In this document: piece after piece, positions 9,223 to 18,296 of the stretch
Numbering within the stretch: position 1 is the first letter of the stretch
How the letters are laid out: each line of letters begins with the position of its first letter
From: an uncultured Thermoplasmata archaeon
GTDB lineage: Archaea; Thermoplasmatota; Thermoplasmata; UBA10834
NCBI GenBank assembly: GCA_963705355.1
Contig: OY970070.1
Location: 1,906,960-1,970,959 of the forward strand
DNA: 64,000 nucleotides
Reading direction: 5' to 3'
The notes under the pieces: model-generated
The model's input: the letters and a program-made list of their open reading frames with translations, nothing else
What the model was told of the DNA's origin: nothing
Databases searched by the model: none
Made by a program: the position numbers and the translations under genes

Positions 9223-11852
9223 CCGAAGATACCAAGGCCTTGCTCGAATCACGGGAATGGATGACCTCGTTGAGGACCAACACATCGGCCCACTCTCAAG
9301 AGGCTGAGGGCGGCTGCGGTGTTGTCGGGATAGCCAGTTCCGTCCCTCTCGCGGGGAAGCACATCCTCGGTCCGCTGGTGCAGATGCACAACAGAGGGAA
9401 CGGGAAGGGCGGAGGCATCGCAGCGGTCGGCCTCTCACCAGAGCAGATGGGCGTGCCGAAGAGGGTTCTTGAAGAGGACTACCTTGTCCAGGTCGCCTAT
9501 CTCAAGCCTGCGATACGCGAAGCCCTTGAGGAGGAGTTCATCAAGCCGAACTACAGGATAGAGAGGAAGTACAAGGTCGAGATTAGCACCGACAAGGCGC
9601 TCATTTCATCACTGGAAATCACTCCGCCTGAAGTCTGGAGGTACTTCTGCAGGGCGAAGAAGGAGGCTCTCGACAACTTCGTCAGGAGGCATAAGCTCGA
9701 AAGGCTCGAGCCGCGCAAGGCGGAGGACGAGCTCGTCTATCAGACAAGCTTCAGCATCAACAAGAAGTACTACGCGACATCCGACATGTCCGCCTTCGTC
9801 ATGTCCCACGGAAGGAACATGATTGTGATGAAGATCGTCGGATATGCCGAGGACGTCATCAGGTACTACAAGCTCGAGGATTTGAAAGCGTATGTGTGGA
9901 TCGGGCACCAGAGATACCCGACCAAGGGAAGGGTCTGGCATCCTGGAGGGGCGCACCCGTTCGTGGGCCTTGACGAGGCCCTTGTGCACAACGGCGACTT
10001 CGCCAACTACTACTCAGTTTCCGAGTACCTCGCGCAGAGAAACGTCGTCCCCCTGTTCCTCACGGACACGGAGGTCTCGGTCCTCCTATTCGATGTCCTG
10101 AACAGGGCATACGGCTACCCGCTCGAGTACATCATAGAAGCTTTTGCCCCGACGACCGAGCGCGACTTCACGCTGCTGCCGGAGGAGAAGCAGAAGGTCT
10201 ACAGGGCGATCCAGGCGACGCACATCCATGGTTCCCCAGACGGCCCGTGGTTCTTCATAATCGGCAGGAACTGTTTCTACGAGAACAAGTTCCAGCTGAT
10301 GGGCATCACGGACACATCGATGTTGAGACCACAGGTCTTCGCCCTGGTCGATGGTGGCATTCAGCTCGGCCTCATCGCATCTGAGAAACAGGCGATCGAT
10401 GCCGCTCTCAAGAGCGTCTCCTCAGAATTCCCGTCCGTGCCTGGATATGCCGACATGTACTGGAACGCGAGAGGCGGCAGCCACACGGACGGCGGAGCGT
10501 TCATCTTCAGCCTGTACCCCGAGAAGGGCACTGCGGATGGCATGCGGCTCATATGCACGAACAAGTTCGGAACGCCGGTCACGAGCCCGTCGATGGATTG
10601 GAGCAGGGAGGACGACCTAGCGCTCGCCGAGCCGTTGCCAAGCAGGCCAAAGGTGAGCGACCTGGCGAAGGAGCTGATGGCGAAGAAGAACCCAAGAAGC
10701 GCGCTGGATCTCCTCGTCAGCAAGTTCGGTGAGCTCTCGGGCTCGGAACTCAACGACATCTTCTCCTTCATCGTCCAGCACGCAGCGAAGAGTGATTCGA
10801 CCATGGACGACGGCGTCGAGCTGCTCACCGCGATCATAGACCGCAGGTACTCGTCCGGCAAGTTCAGGCGGAGCAGGATCAACAGGAAGGCGAACGAGGC
10901 TGTCGAGAAGATCCTGAGATCGGCCAGGAGGATCGAGAAGAGCGGCCACTCACTCTATTCTCTAATCGACCTCAAGAACATGGAGAAGCTCGGTGAAGCT
11001 ATCTCGCCATACGACAAGCTCGTCATTGACTGCGCTGGTTTCCCCATGGAAGGCGATGGCGGAGTCTCCTTCGCGATCAAGAGGGCAAGGGACCTCGGAT
11101 GGAACCGCGTGGTCGTCGTCGGCGTTCACGGGCAGAGATTCATCGGTGCTGGTCTCGGGCCGAGGACCAGAGGATTCAAAGTAGATGTGTTTGGCAGCCC
11201 AGGCGATTATCTCGGTTCAGGACTGGACGGAGCAGAGGTCGTCGTTCATGCGAACGGACAGGACCAGCTGGGACAGATTCTCAGCGAGGGCAAGCTGGTC
11301 GTCCACGGGGACGTCGGACAGACTTTCCTGTACGGCGCGAAAGGCGGCGAGGCATACGTTCTCGGCAACGCCGCTGGCAGGCCTTTGATCAACGCTGTCG
11401 GAAAGCCCAAGGTCGTGATAAACGGAACATGCCTCGATTACCTGGCAGAATCGTTCATGGCGGGCAACCCGCTCTACGGCGGAGGGTTCGTCGTCCTGAA
11501 CGGAATGACATTCGATGGCAGAGGAAAGCCGATGGATCTCCCGGCTCCATATCCGGGCGGCAATTTGTTCTCGCTTGCCTCTGGAGGCGCTATCTATGTT
11601 CGAGACCCGAAGAAGCTGGTCGGGGAGGAACAATTGAACGGCGGCAGGATCTCCAGACTTACGAGAGCCGATTGGAACCTGATCCTGCCGCACCTGGAAG
11701 AGAACGAGCGACTCTTCGGAATCTCGGTTGAGGATTTCCTGCTGAAGGTCGACGGCGCGAGCAGACCGCCAGAAGAGATCTACAGGAAGATCGAGGCAGT
11801 GCCGCTGGTCACTCTTGCAGGCACAGCTCAGATGCAGGAGACAGGCGACTAG
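9219..11852 (+). CDS. gltB: glutamate synthase subunit: class-II glutamine amidotransferase domain fused to GXGXG (GltB domain 3) domain
   Basis: N-terminal catalytic Cys in GCGVVGI (Ntn-type GATase II). The C-terminus carries GXGXG repeats (VVVVGVHGQRFIGAGLGPR..., VVHGDVGQTFLYGAKGGEAYVLGNAAGRPL). 4-nt overlap with the upstream gene. Confidence 0.85.
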   Translation: MTEDTKALLESREWMTSLRTNTSAHSQEAEGGCGVVGIASSVPLAGKHILGPLVQMHNRGNGKGGGIAAVGLSPEQMGVPKRVLEEDYLVQVAYLKPAIREALEEEFIKPNYRIERKYKVEISTDKALISSLEITPPEVWRYFCRAKKEALDNFVRRHKLERLEPRKAEDELVYQTSFSINKKYYATSDMSAFVMSHGRNMIVMKIVGYAEDVIRYYKLEDLKAYVWIGHQRYPTKGRVWHPGGAHPFVGLDEALVHNGDFANYYSVSEYLAQRNVVPLFLTDTEVSVLLFDVLNRAYGYPLEYIIEAFAPTTERDFTLLPEEKQKVYRAIQATHIHGSPDGPWFFIIGRNCFYENKFQLMGITDTSMLRPQVFALVDGGIQLGLIASEKQAIDAALKSVSSEFPSVPGYADMYWNARGGSHTDGGAFIFSLYPEKGTADGMRLICTNKFGTPVTSPSMDWSREDDLALAEPLPSRPKVSDLAKELMAKKNPRSALDLLVSKFGELSGSELNDIFSFIVQHAAKSDSTMDDGVELLTAIIDRRYSSGKFRRSRINRKANEAVEKILRSARRIEKSGHSLYSLIDLKNMEKLGEAISPYDKLVIDCAGFPMEGDGGVSFAIKRARDLGWNRVVVVGVHGQRFIGAGLGPRTRGFKVDVFGSPGDYLGSGLDGAEVVVHANGQDQLGQILSEGKLVVHGDVGQTFLYGAKGGEAYVLGNAAGRPLINAVGKPKVVINGTCLDYLAESFMAGNPLYGGGFVVLNGMTFDGRGKPMDLPAPYPGGNLFSLASGGAIYVRDPKKLVGEEQLNGGRISRLTRADWNLILPHLEENERLFGISVEDFLLKVDGASRPPEEIYRKIEAVPLVTLAGTAQMQETGD

Positions 11853-12086
11853 CGCGACAATTGTGCCTATTCAAATCGGCTCATTTCCAAACGGCATCGG
11901 CGTTTTTAGAAATGTTTCCGAAATCGAACCTGAAACGTCCCTCTCCATCGGAAGAAACTGCTCCAGACAACTGTGTTCGCGGCAAGCTTAAATACGGACG
12001 TTTTAATCACGCGACCGATAGACATCACGGCCTCGTTCCAAGCCCTCGGGCCGCGCTTCCTGGCCGAGGGCGGGAAGAGTGTTCAA

Positions 12087-12914
12087 ATGTACGAGATAGT
12101 GAAGTCGGAGAAGCTCACTCCGGATGTCATAAGACTGGAGATACGCGCGCCTCAAATCGCGAAGAAGGCGAAAGCGGGACAGTTCGTCATGGTGACACCG
12201 ACTGAGCACGGGGAAAGGATCCCGCTCACCATGGCGGACTTCTCACCGGACGATGGAACGGTCACGATAGCAGCGCTGGAGGTCGGCAAGACCACCAAGG
12301 AGCTCGGCAAGATGAAGGCCGGGGACAAGGTCTTCAGCCTGGTCGGCCCGCTCGGACTCCCGACTCACCTGAAGCAATATGGGAACGTCGTCAGCATCGG
12401 CGGCGGCATAGGCCTCGCTCTGATGTACCCGGTCGTGCGCGCTTTCAAACAGTCCGGCAACCACACAATCAACATCGTCGGCGCAAGGAACGAGAAGCTG
12501 CTGATGTACGAGAAGGAGATCCAGTCCGTCAGCAACGAATTCTTCGTCTGCACCGACGACGGCTCCAAGGGCCACCATGGGTTCGTGAGCGACATCCTGA
12601 AGAAGCTGATTGCCGAGAACAAGAAGATCGACCTCGTCTACGCTGTCGGTCCGATCATCATGATGAAGGTCATCGCTAACATAACGAAGCCATACAACAT
12701 CCCGACAGTCGTCAGCCTCAACCCGATCATGGTCGACGGGACCGGCATGTGCGGCTCGTGCAGGGTGATCATCGCGGGCGAGACCAAGTTCGGCTGCGTA
12801 GACGGGCCCGAGTTCGATGGCCACAAGGTCGACTTCGACAACCTCACGGCCAGGAACAAGAGGTACATCCCCGAGGAGCAGATCTCGCTGAGGAGATTCC
12901 AGGAGACGAAGTAG
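12087..12914 (+). CDS. NfnA/SudB-like ferredoxin-NAD(P)+ reductase small subunit (PyrK-type FAD/[2Fe-2S])
   Basis: PyrK/SudB blocks (RIPLTMADF, GPLGLP, VSIGGGIGLALMYPV). C-terminal CGSCRV...GCVDGPEFDG. The ORF opens at 11973, but Met at 12087 fits the family length. Confidence 0.8.
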   Translation: MYEIVKSEKLTPDVIRLEIRAPQIAKKAKAGQFVMVTPTEHGERIPLTMADFSPDDGTVTIAALEVGKTTKELGKMKAGDKVFSLVGPLGLPTHLKQYGNVVSIGGGIGLALMYPVVRAFKQSGNHTINIVGARNEKLLMYEKEIQSVSNEFFVCTDDGSKGHHGFVSDILKKLIAENKKIDLVYAVGPIIMMKVIANITKPYNIPTVVSLNPIMVDGTGMCGSCRVIIAGETKFGCVDGPEFDGHKVDFDNLTARNKRYIPEEQISLRRFQETK

Positions 12915-14384
12915 ATGGCCGAGGAAGAGAAGAAGCCCAAGAAACTCGTCCCCAAGAAGTACCCGATGCCCGAGCAGGACCCGAAGGAGCGCGTGCACAA
13001 CTTCAACGAGGTGCCGCTTGGTCAGGACGCTCAGGTGGCGATAGCAGAGGCGCAAAGGTGCCTCCAATGCAAGCGCGGGCCGAACAGGAAGGTCTGCATG
13101 GACGGCTGCCCGGTCGAGATCGACATCCCGGTCTTCATCAAAAGGGTCCAAGAGGGGAACTTCGAAGAAGCCATAAGGATCATCAGAGAGAAGCAGAACT
13201 TGCCAGCGGTCTGCGGCAGGGTTTGCCCGTACGAGAACCAGTGCGAGGGCGTCTGCATCGTCGGCAAGAAGAACGAGCCCGTCGGGATCGGCAGGCTTGA
13301 GAGATACCTTGCGGACTGGGAGAGGAAGCAGGGCAAGACGGGCAAGATCGAGGTTCCTCCGCCGACAGGGAAGAAGATCGCAGTTGTGGGCGGCGGTCCA
13401 GCGGGTCTCACGGTCGCGGGCGACCTCGCCAGACTGGGCCACAAGGTGACCATCTTCGAGGCGCTGCAGTACTGCGGCGGCGTGCTGATCTACGGCATCC
13501 CAGAGTTCAGGCTTCCGAAGGAGATCGTGAGAGCAGAGGTCGACTACATCAGGAGGATGGGAGTCGAGATTTTCAACGACTTCGTCGTCGGCAAGCTCGA
13601 GACCGTCGATGAGATGCTGGAGGACTACGACGTTGTCTTCGTGGGAACCGGCGCTGGTCTTCCCGACTGGACCGGCCTTCAGGGGGAGAACCTGAACGGC
13701 ATCATGTCCGCCAACGAGTTCCTGACAAGGGTCAATCTGATGAAGGGCTACAAGTTCCCGGAGTACGACACCCCAATACGCGTGGGCGAGCGCGTGGTCA
13801 CCATCGGCGGAGGCAACGTCGCAATGGACTGCGCGAGGACTTCGCTCAGGCTGGGCTGCAAGGAATCGGTCATCCTCTACAGGAGATCGGACGCAGAGCT
13901 GCCGGCCAGACGCGAGGAGATACACCACGCCAAGGAGGAGGGCGTCAGGTTCGAGCTGCTCGCAGCTCCGCTCGAGTTCATCGGAGACGAGTGCGGCAAC
14001 GTGAAGCAGGTCAAGGCCATCCGCATGCAGCTCGGTGAGCCGGACGCGTCGGGAAGGAAGAGGCCGATCAAGATCCCCGGCTCGGAGTTCCTGATCGATG
14101 CTCAGACAGTCCTGATCGCCATTGGCCAGAGCCCGAATCCGCTGGTCCCGATGACAACGCCCGACCTCAAGACGACCAAGGAGGGCACGATAGCTGTCGA
14201 CCCCGAGGGCAGGACCTCGAAGAAAGGAGTTTTCGCAGGCGGAGACATAGCGTCAGGCGCTGCGACCGTCATCCTTGCAATGGGGGACGGAAAGCGCGCC
14301 GCGAAGGCCATGCACAAGTACCTCACTGAGGACCCGTCTTGGCCGTCACCCGAAGTGTTCGAGAAGCTATCTTGCGAGATCTAG
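12915..14384 (+). CDS. NfnB/SudA/GltD-like NADPH-dependent oxidoreductase (glutamate synthase small-subunit family)
   Basis: N-terminal Cys clusters (CLQCKRGPNRKVCMDGCPVEIDIP, CGRVCPYENQCEGVC). Two dinucleotide folds (KIAVVGGGPAGLTVAGDL, VVTIGGGNVAMDCART). Starts 1 nt after the nfnA stop. Confidence 0.85.
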   Translation: MAEEEKKPKKLVPKKYPMPEQDPKERVHNFNEVPLGQDAQVAIAEAQRCLQCKRGPNRKVCMDGCPVEIDIPVFIKRVQEGNFEEAIRIIREKQNLPAVCGRVCPYENQCEGVCIVGKKNEPVGIGRLERYLADWERKQGKTGKIEVPPPTGKKIAVVGGGPAGLTVAGDLARLGHKVTIFEALQYCGGVLIYGIPEFRLPKEIVRAEVDYIRRMGVEIFNDFVVGKLETVDEMLEDYDVVFVGTGAGLPDWTGLQGENLNGIMSANEFLTRVNLMKGYKFPEYDTPIRVGERVVTIGGGNVAMDCARTSLRLGCKESVILYRRSDAELPARREEIHHAKEEGVRFELLAAPLEFIGDECGNVKQVKAIRMQLGEPDASGRKRPIKIPGSEFLIDAQTVLIAIGQSPNPLVPMTTPDLKTTKEGTIAVDPEGRTSKKGVFAGGDIASGAATVILAMGDGKRAAKAMHKYLTEDPSWPSPEVFEKLSCEI

Positions 14385-14482
14385 GACGGCATTCTCGGAC
14401 CATATCAAACCTCTTGATCATCTGATTTCCATCATTGGATAAAAGTGCAGTTCATGCAACATCTAGAACCAATTTGAACAAT

Positions 14483-16309
14483 TTACGCGGGCTTCTGTTT
14501 CAGGGGCAGAGCCATGTGGAATGTGCTCCCGACTCCCTTCTTGCTCTCGAACCACATCTCCCCGCCATGCCTCTTGACGATCTCCCTGCTCGTGTAGAGG
14601 CCTATGCCCACTCTTCCGTCCGCCCTTACCAGGCCAGCGTCCGCGAGGAAGAACCTGTCGAACAGTTTGTCGCGGTCCTCTTCGGCAATGCCTATCCCAG
14701 TGTCCCTCACCCAGATGTGCACCTTCCCGCCCAGGATGTCCGCTCCGATCGTTATCTTGCCGCCCGGGTCAGTGTACTTCACCGCGTTGCTGACGAGGTT
14801 CTCGATGACGTCGTGGATCCTGAGCCGGTCGGCCCGAACGACCGGCAGCTCGGTCCCGAAGAGCACGTTGACCGCATGATTCTTGCCCTTGACCTCGCGG
14901 TCCAGGTCAGCGACTACCTCCTTCGTGACCATCGCGAGGTTGACCGACTCGAAGTCCAGTGCCAGGGTCTTGTTCTGCAGCCTGGACATCTCAAGCATCG
15001 CCGAGATCAGTGAGTTAATCCTGTTGACCTGCTCGAGAATGCTATTGAACTTGTCCTTCATCTTCGGGCTGATGTCACCGTACATCCCGGCTGAGGCCAT
15101 CTCTAGATACCCGAGGATGGTGGTCAGGGGAGTCCTCAGCTCGTGCGATATGGTGTCGACCAGGCTGTCCTTCATCTTGTCCAGGTCCTTCATCTCCTCC
15201 AACGCCCGCTGGACCTGCTCGAAGTTCTGCTGCAGCTCCTCCCTAAGCCTCGCGTTCTCAAGGGCGATTGCAGCGTGGGCGGCGAAAGGCTCCGCGACGG
15301 CGTACTCGACCCCCGTGAACTTCCTGCTCTTGTCCCTGTAGAGCTCAAGTACTCCCTCTACGCCATGCTGTCCCTTCAGCGGAATCGCCATGATGGTTTG
15401 GCGGACCTCGATGTCCTCGATTCCGGGGATGTCTTCCACTCTGGAATCGTCCATGGAGTCCTCGACGATGTCGACCTTGCCAGTCTGGGCGACCTCTCCA
15501 GCGAGACCTGAAATAGGACCTACGTCGGCCATGACCTCGTCTGCATAGGGGCCGGTCGCGTGAACGGGAACAAGCAGTCCCTTGTTCCAATCGACGAGAT
15601 AGACGCTCACCTCGTCAAAAGGCACGAGATCGTTCAGCCTCTCGGCTATGACCTTCAAGGTCTCCTTGAGGTCGACTGGCTGTTGCATCGCAACTGTCGT
15701 GTCGAGCAGAGCTCTGAACAACTTCACCGTTCTGTTCAGCGCCCCGACGAGCCTGGCGTTCGTGATGGCAATCGATGCCAGCCTGGCGAACACCTCCATC
15801 TGGACGACGAACTGCGCAGATGGTATCTTCCGGTTTCTGGGGCCGTCGGGCTCAAGCCAGCCGACCATGTTCCCGTCGGCATCCTCGAAGACCACATAGA
15901 GCACATCGAGCTCGTGCCAATCGTCTGGATTCTCTCTCGGCAGCTTCACCCTGTCAGGGTGGAGCACGCTGTAGTAGTCGCTGGAGTTCGCTCCCGCCTC
16001 TGATTTCATGAAGTAGGTGAGCTTTCCGATCCTCTGCGCGTTCGCCAGGTCGCTTTTGATGGTTTGGCGAGACTTGGTCAATCCCTCGATCTTCTTTGAC
16101 ACTTCTATGGGGAATCCCTTGCTCGTCTTGAGCACGAAGTTGTCGTGCTCCTCGTCGTACAGGAAGGCGTCACAGGCCTCGAAGCCGAATTCGTCCGTGA
16201 TGTCGTCGATGATCAACTTCAGGATCGTGTCGACATCCCGGGTGTTCATAATTGCTGTGGCAAGTTCGAGGGTCTTGCCCAGCATGTCCTCTTGCACAGA
16301 CTCGTTCAT
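14483..16309 (-). CDS. cytoplasmic sensor histidine kinase with two GAF domains
   Basis: 608 aa. HisKA H-box SHELRTPLTTILGYLEM. HATPase_c blocks (NLVSNAVKYT, DTGIGIAEEDRDKLFDRF, GIGLYTSREIVKRHGGEMW). Two GAF-like regions. No TM segment. Confidence 0.8.
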   Translation of the reverse strand: MNESVQEDMLGKTLELATAIMNTRDVDTILKLIIDDITDEFGFEACDAFLYDEEHDNFVLKTSKGFPIEVSKKIEGLTKSRQTIKSDLANAQRIGKLTYFMKSEAGANSSDYYSVLHPDRVKLPRENPDDWHELDVLYVVFEDADGNMVGWLEPDGPRNRKIPSAQFVVQMEVFARLASIAITNARLVGALNRTVKLFRALLDTTVAMQQPVDLKETLKVIAERLNDLVPFDEVSVYLVDWNKGLLVPVHATGPYADEVMADVGPISGLAGEVAQTGKVDIVEDSMDDSRVEDIPGIEDIEVRQTIMAIPLKGQHGVEGVLELYRDKSRKFTGVEYAVAEPFAAHAAIALENARLREELQQNFEQVQRALEEMKDLDKMKDSLVDTISHELRTPLTTILGYLEMASAGMYGDISPKMKDKFNSILEQVNRINSLISAMLEMSRLQNKTLALDFESVNLAMVTKEVVADLDREVKGKNHAVNVLFGTELPVVRADRLRIHDVIENLVSNAVKYTDPGGKITIGADILGGKVHIWVRDTGIGIAEEDRDKLFDRFFLADAGLVRADGRVGIGLYTSREIVKRHGGEMWFESKKGVGSTFHMALPLKQKPA

Positions 16310-16428
16310 GCGGTGTAGTATATTTCCTTTTTTTGCACAGACAATTCAGTCATGAGGACGTCTGCTGAGAATGGTGATTATGGAGGTTTAGTCAGGTCCT
16401 AGAGGCTCCGTCTTCACATGAAAGCCGT

Positions 16429-16839
16429 TCAGACCTTCTTCCAGAACAGCCCGCAGTAGCATTTGCCGTGCCGTTCCACGTCCCCGCCCCTGGTCGGCTT
16501 GCAGGGACACTGGTATTCCGGAACGTGTTCCATCCTGCACGGGCAGTAGAAGTCGCCGAATCTCTTGTTCTTCCCGAGGAGGCCCTCGATCAATTCCTCC
16601 TTCATGTCGTTGAACAGGTATCCGTGGAGTCTGGCGTACTCGTCGACCCTTTCTCGGATCTCCTTCTCGGCTCCCTTTTCGGGTCTTTCGCCGACCCATC
16701 CCTCGGGGGAACGCTTCAGCCTCAGCTTCTGCCCGCAGATCGGGCATATGACTATGCTGCCTTCCTTCCAGCCATCGACGAACTTGAACCTCGCGAGACA
16801 CACGGGGCAGTATATCCTCTCTGGCTGTTTCCCATTCAT
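16429..16839 (-). CDS. ferredoxin:thioredoxin-reductase catalytic-subunit-like protein (FTR/FDR-like) with N-terminal rubredoxin-like zinc ribbon
   Basis: CPC...CPC...CxC pattern (CPCRMEHVPEYQCPCKPTRGGDVERHGKCYCG) typical of the FTR catalytic subunit. N-terminal CPVC...CPIC. Confidence 0.65.
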   Translation of the reverse strand: MNGKQPERIYCPVCLARFKFVDGWKEGSIVICPICGQKLRLKRSPEGWVGERPEKGAEKEIRERVDEYARLHGYLFNDMKEELIEGLLGKNKRFGDFYCPCRMEHVPEYQCPCKPTRGGDVERHGKCYCGLFWKKV

Positions 16840-17096
16840 ACCTTCAGAGCCTTCCTCAGCTTGTCCTCGTCGTGCCCAACGATGATCTCTTTTCCGATTA
16901 TGACCACTGGGAACGATCTCTTACCTGTGAGCTTCTCTATCTCCTCCAGAACCTCGTCCTGCTTCGCATCGTCCAGGAGGTCCACATCAGTGCAGTCGTA
17001 GGCGATCTTGTGCTCATCCAAGAACCGTTTCGTCCTCTTGCAGTAGGGACAGGTGCTCAACGCATAGACTTTTGGCTTCTCTTTCATCATCATCAC
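16836..17096 (-). CDS. glutaredoxin-like protein (CPYC active site)
   Basis: 86 aa. STCPYCKRTKRFL with a thioredoxin fold. 4-nt overlap with the FTR-like gene. Confidence 0.75.
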   Translation of the reverse strand: MMMMKEKPKVYALSTCPYCKRTKRFLDEHKIAYDCTDVDLLDDAKQDEVLEEIEKLTGKRSFPVVIIGKEIIVGHDEDKLRKALKV

Positions 17097-17195
17097 TCAC
17101 TCCGAACAGCATCTCAGCGATCTCGATGCTTTGTTGTCGGTGAAAGGATAGGAGTAGGATAAATCGTTTGTCCAGAACATGCGCTCATTTGAGAC

Positions 17196-18296
17196 CTAGC
17201 CTGCAGTCTTGCCCAGTATCCTGCGGCATAGCTCCAGCTGCCTCGACACGGTCGGATGCTTCTCCTCATTAACGAACTTAACCTTCACATTCTCACCCAT
17301 GTAGTCGGAGCTGCTCTTGCCTCCCCACTCTCCGTACACCAGTATCTCCTCGTTGTCAAGCGAGACCAATCCGAAAGTGACCGCGAGGTCGTAGATCAGG
17401 TCTGAGGTCTTCCACGGGTCTATCCTCGCATGTTCGGGGACGGCGAATGGCAGCTCTAGCTGCATGGTCATGAGCTCGCTGGTTCTGGCGTGATTCACCA
17501 TGTCCTCGTCTGCTGTGAGCAGGAACACGTCGTAGTCTCCGCCCCTCGCCCAGTACTTGTACGACTGCGCGATCTCAATGTCGTTCCTCTCCTTGCCCTT
17601 GGCCGCAGTTCCCTTGACCCTCAGCGCTCTGAGATCCGTGAGCAGATAGTTCATCTCGTTGAAGGCCAGCTTCGCGATCCTTGTGCGTCTTCCGCTTCCG
17701 TTCGAGAACTCCTTCAGCAGCTCGGGATGCGCAAGGACCTGCCCCAGAGCTTGGATCTCATCTCTGGAGTACTTGTGTGTGATCTTCGAATCGAGCTCCA
17801 TCTGGACGACCTCGCTCAGAACATATCTGAAATCCGTCGCCTCGATTGTTCGCCCGGAGAAATCATCCTTCAGTGGCAGGTGCCTGGATAGGAATCGGTC
17901 GTAGAGGATGTTCGTGTCCACCGCGACGAACACTGGTCGTGGCCGCTTGTTCGGATCCCTCGCCTCGTCCCTTAGCTCGATGAGCTTCTTGGTGATCTCT
18001 GTTTCGTTCTTGTAGTTGAGGAAACCGGAGGAGAGCAGACAGTTCCTGAGATCCGTATAGCTCGGCAGCTCGTCCGCGCTCACAGCTCTGTCAAGTGGCT
18101 TCTTGGTCGTCCTCATCCAGTCAAATGCGTCCGGCCTCACTATCTTCGTGAGCTCTGGTTTTTCGATATCCAGCGTGAAAAGCTCGACTTCATAGAACGG
18201 ATACGAGACATGGACATACCTCTTGTCTCCGCGGTAGATTGCGTTGGTGAGTATCTGGAGCTCGTTCCTGGACATCACGAGCTCCTTCACTTCCAC
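17196..18296 (-). CDS. PIN-domain protein with uncharacterised N- and C-terminal extensions
   Basis: Central PIN acidic residues (VFVAVDTNILYD, SEVVQMELD, LLTADEDMV). The roughly 120-aa N-terminus and 80-aa C-terminus are unassigned. 10-nt overlap with the upstream CARF-like gene. Confidence 0.6.
   Translation of the reverse strand: MEVKELVMSRNELQILTNAIYRGDKRYVHVSYPFYEVELFTLDIEKPELTKIVRPDAFDWMRTTKKPLDRAVSADELPSYTDLRNCLLSSGFLNYKNETEITKKLIELRDEARDPNKRPRPVFVAVDTNILYDRFLSRHLPLKDDFSGRTIEATDFRYVLSEVVQMELDSKITHKYSRDEIQALGQVLAHPELLKEFSNGSGRRTRIAKLAFNEMNYLLTDLRALRVKGTAAKGKERNDIEIAQSYKYWARGGDYDVFLLTADEDMVNHARTSELMTMQLELPFAVPEHARIDPWKTSDLIYDLAVTFGLVSLDNEEILVYGEWGGKSSSDYMGENVKVKFVNEEKHPTVSRQLELCRRILGKTAG

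Noticed and set aside
11099-11731. 210-aa Arg-rich ORF
   Set aside because: It is an alternate frame inside the GATase/GXGXG gene. It is composition-driven.
12243-13928. 561-aa ORF on the minus strand
   Set aside because: It is antisense to the NfnB/GltD-like gene, which has strong motifs. Its composition is low-complexity and Arg/Leu/Asp-rich, typical of spurious antisense ORFs in high-GC DNA.
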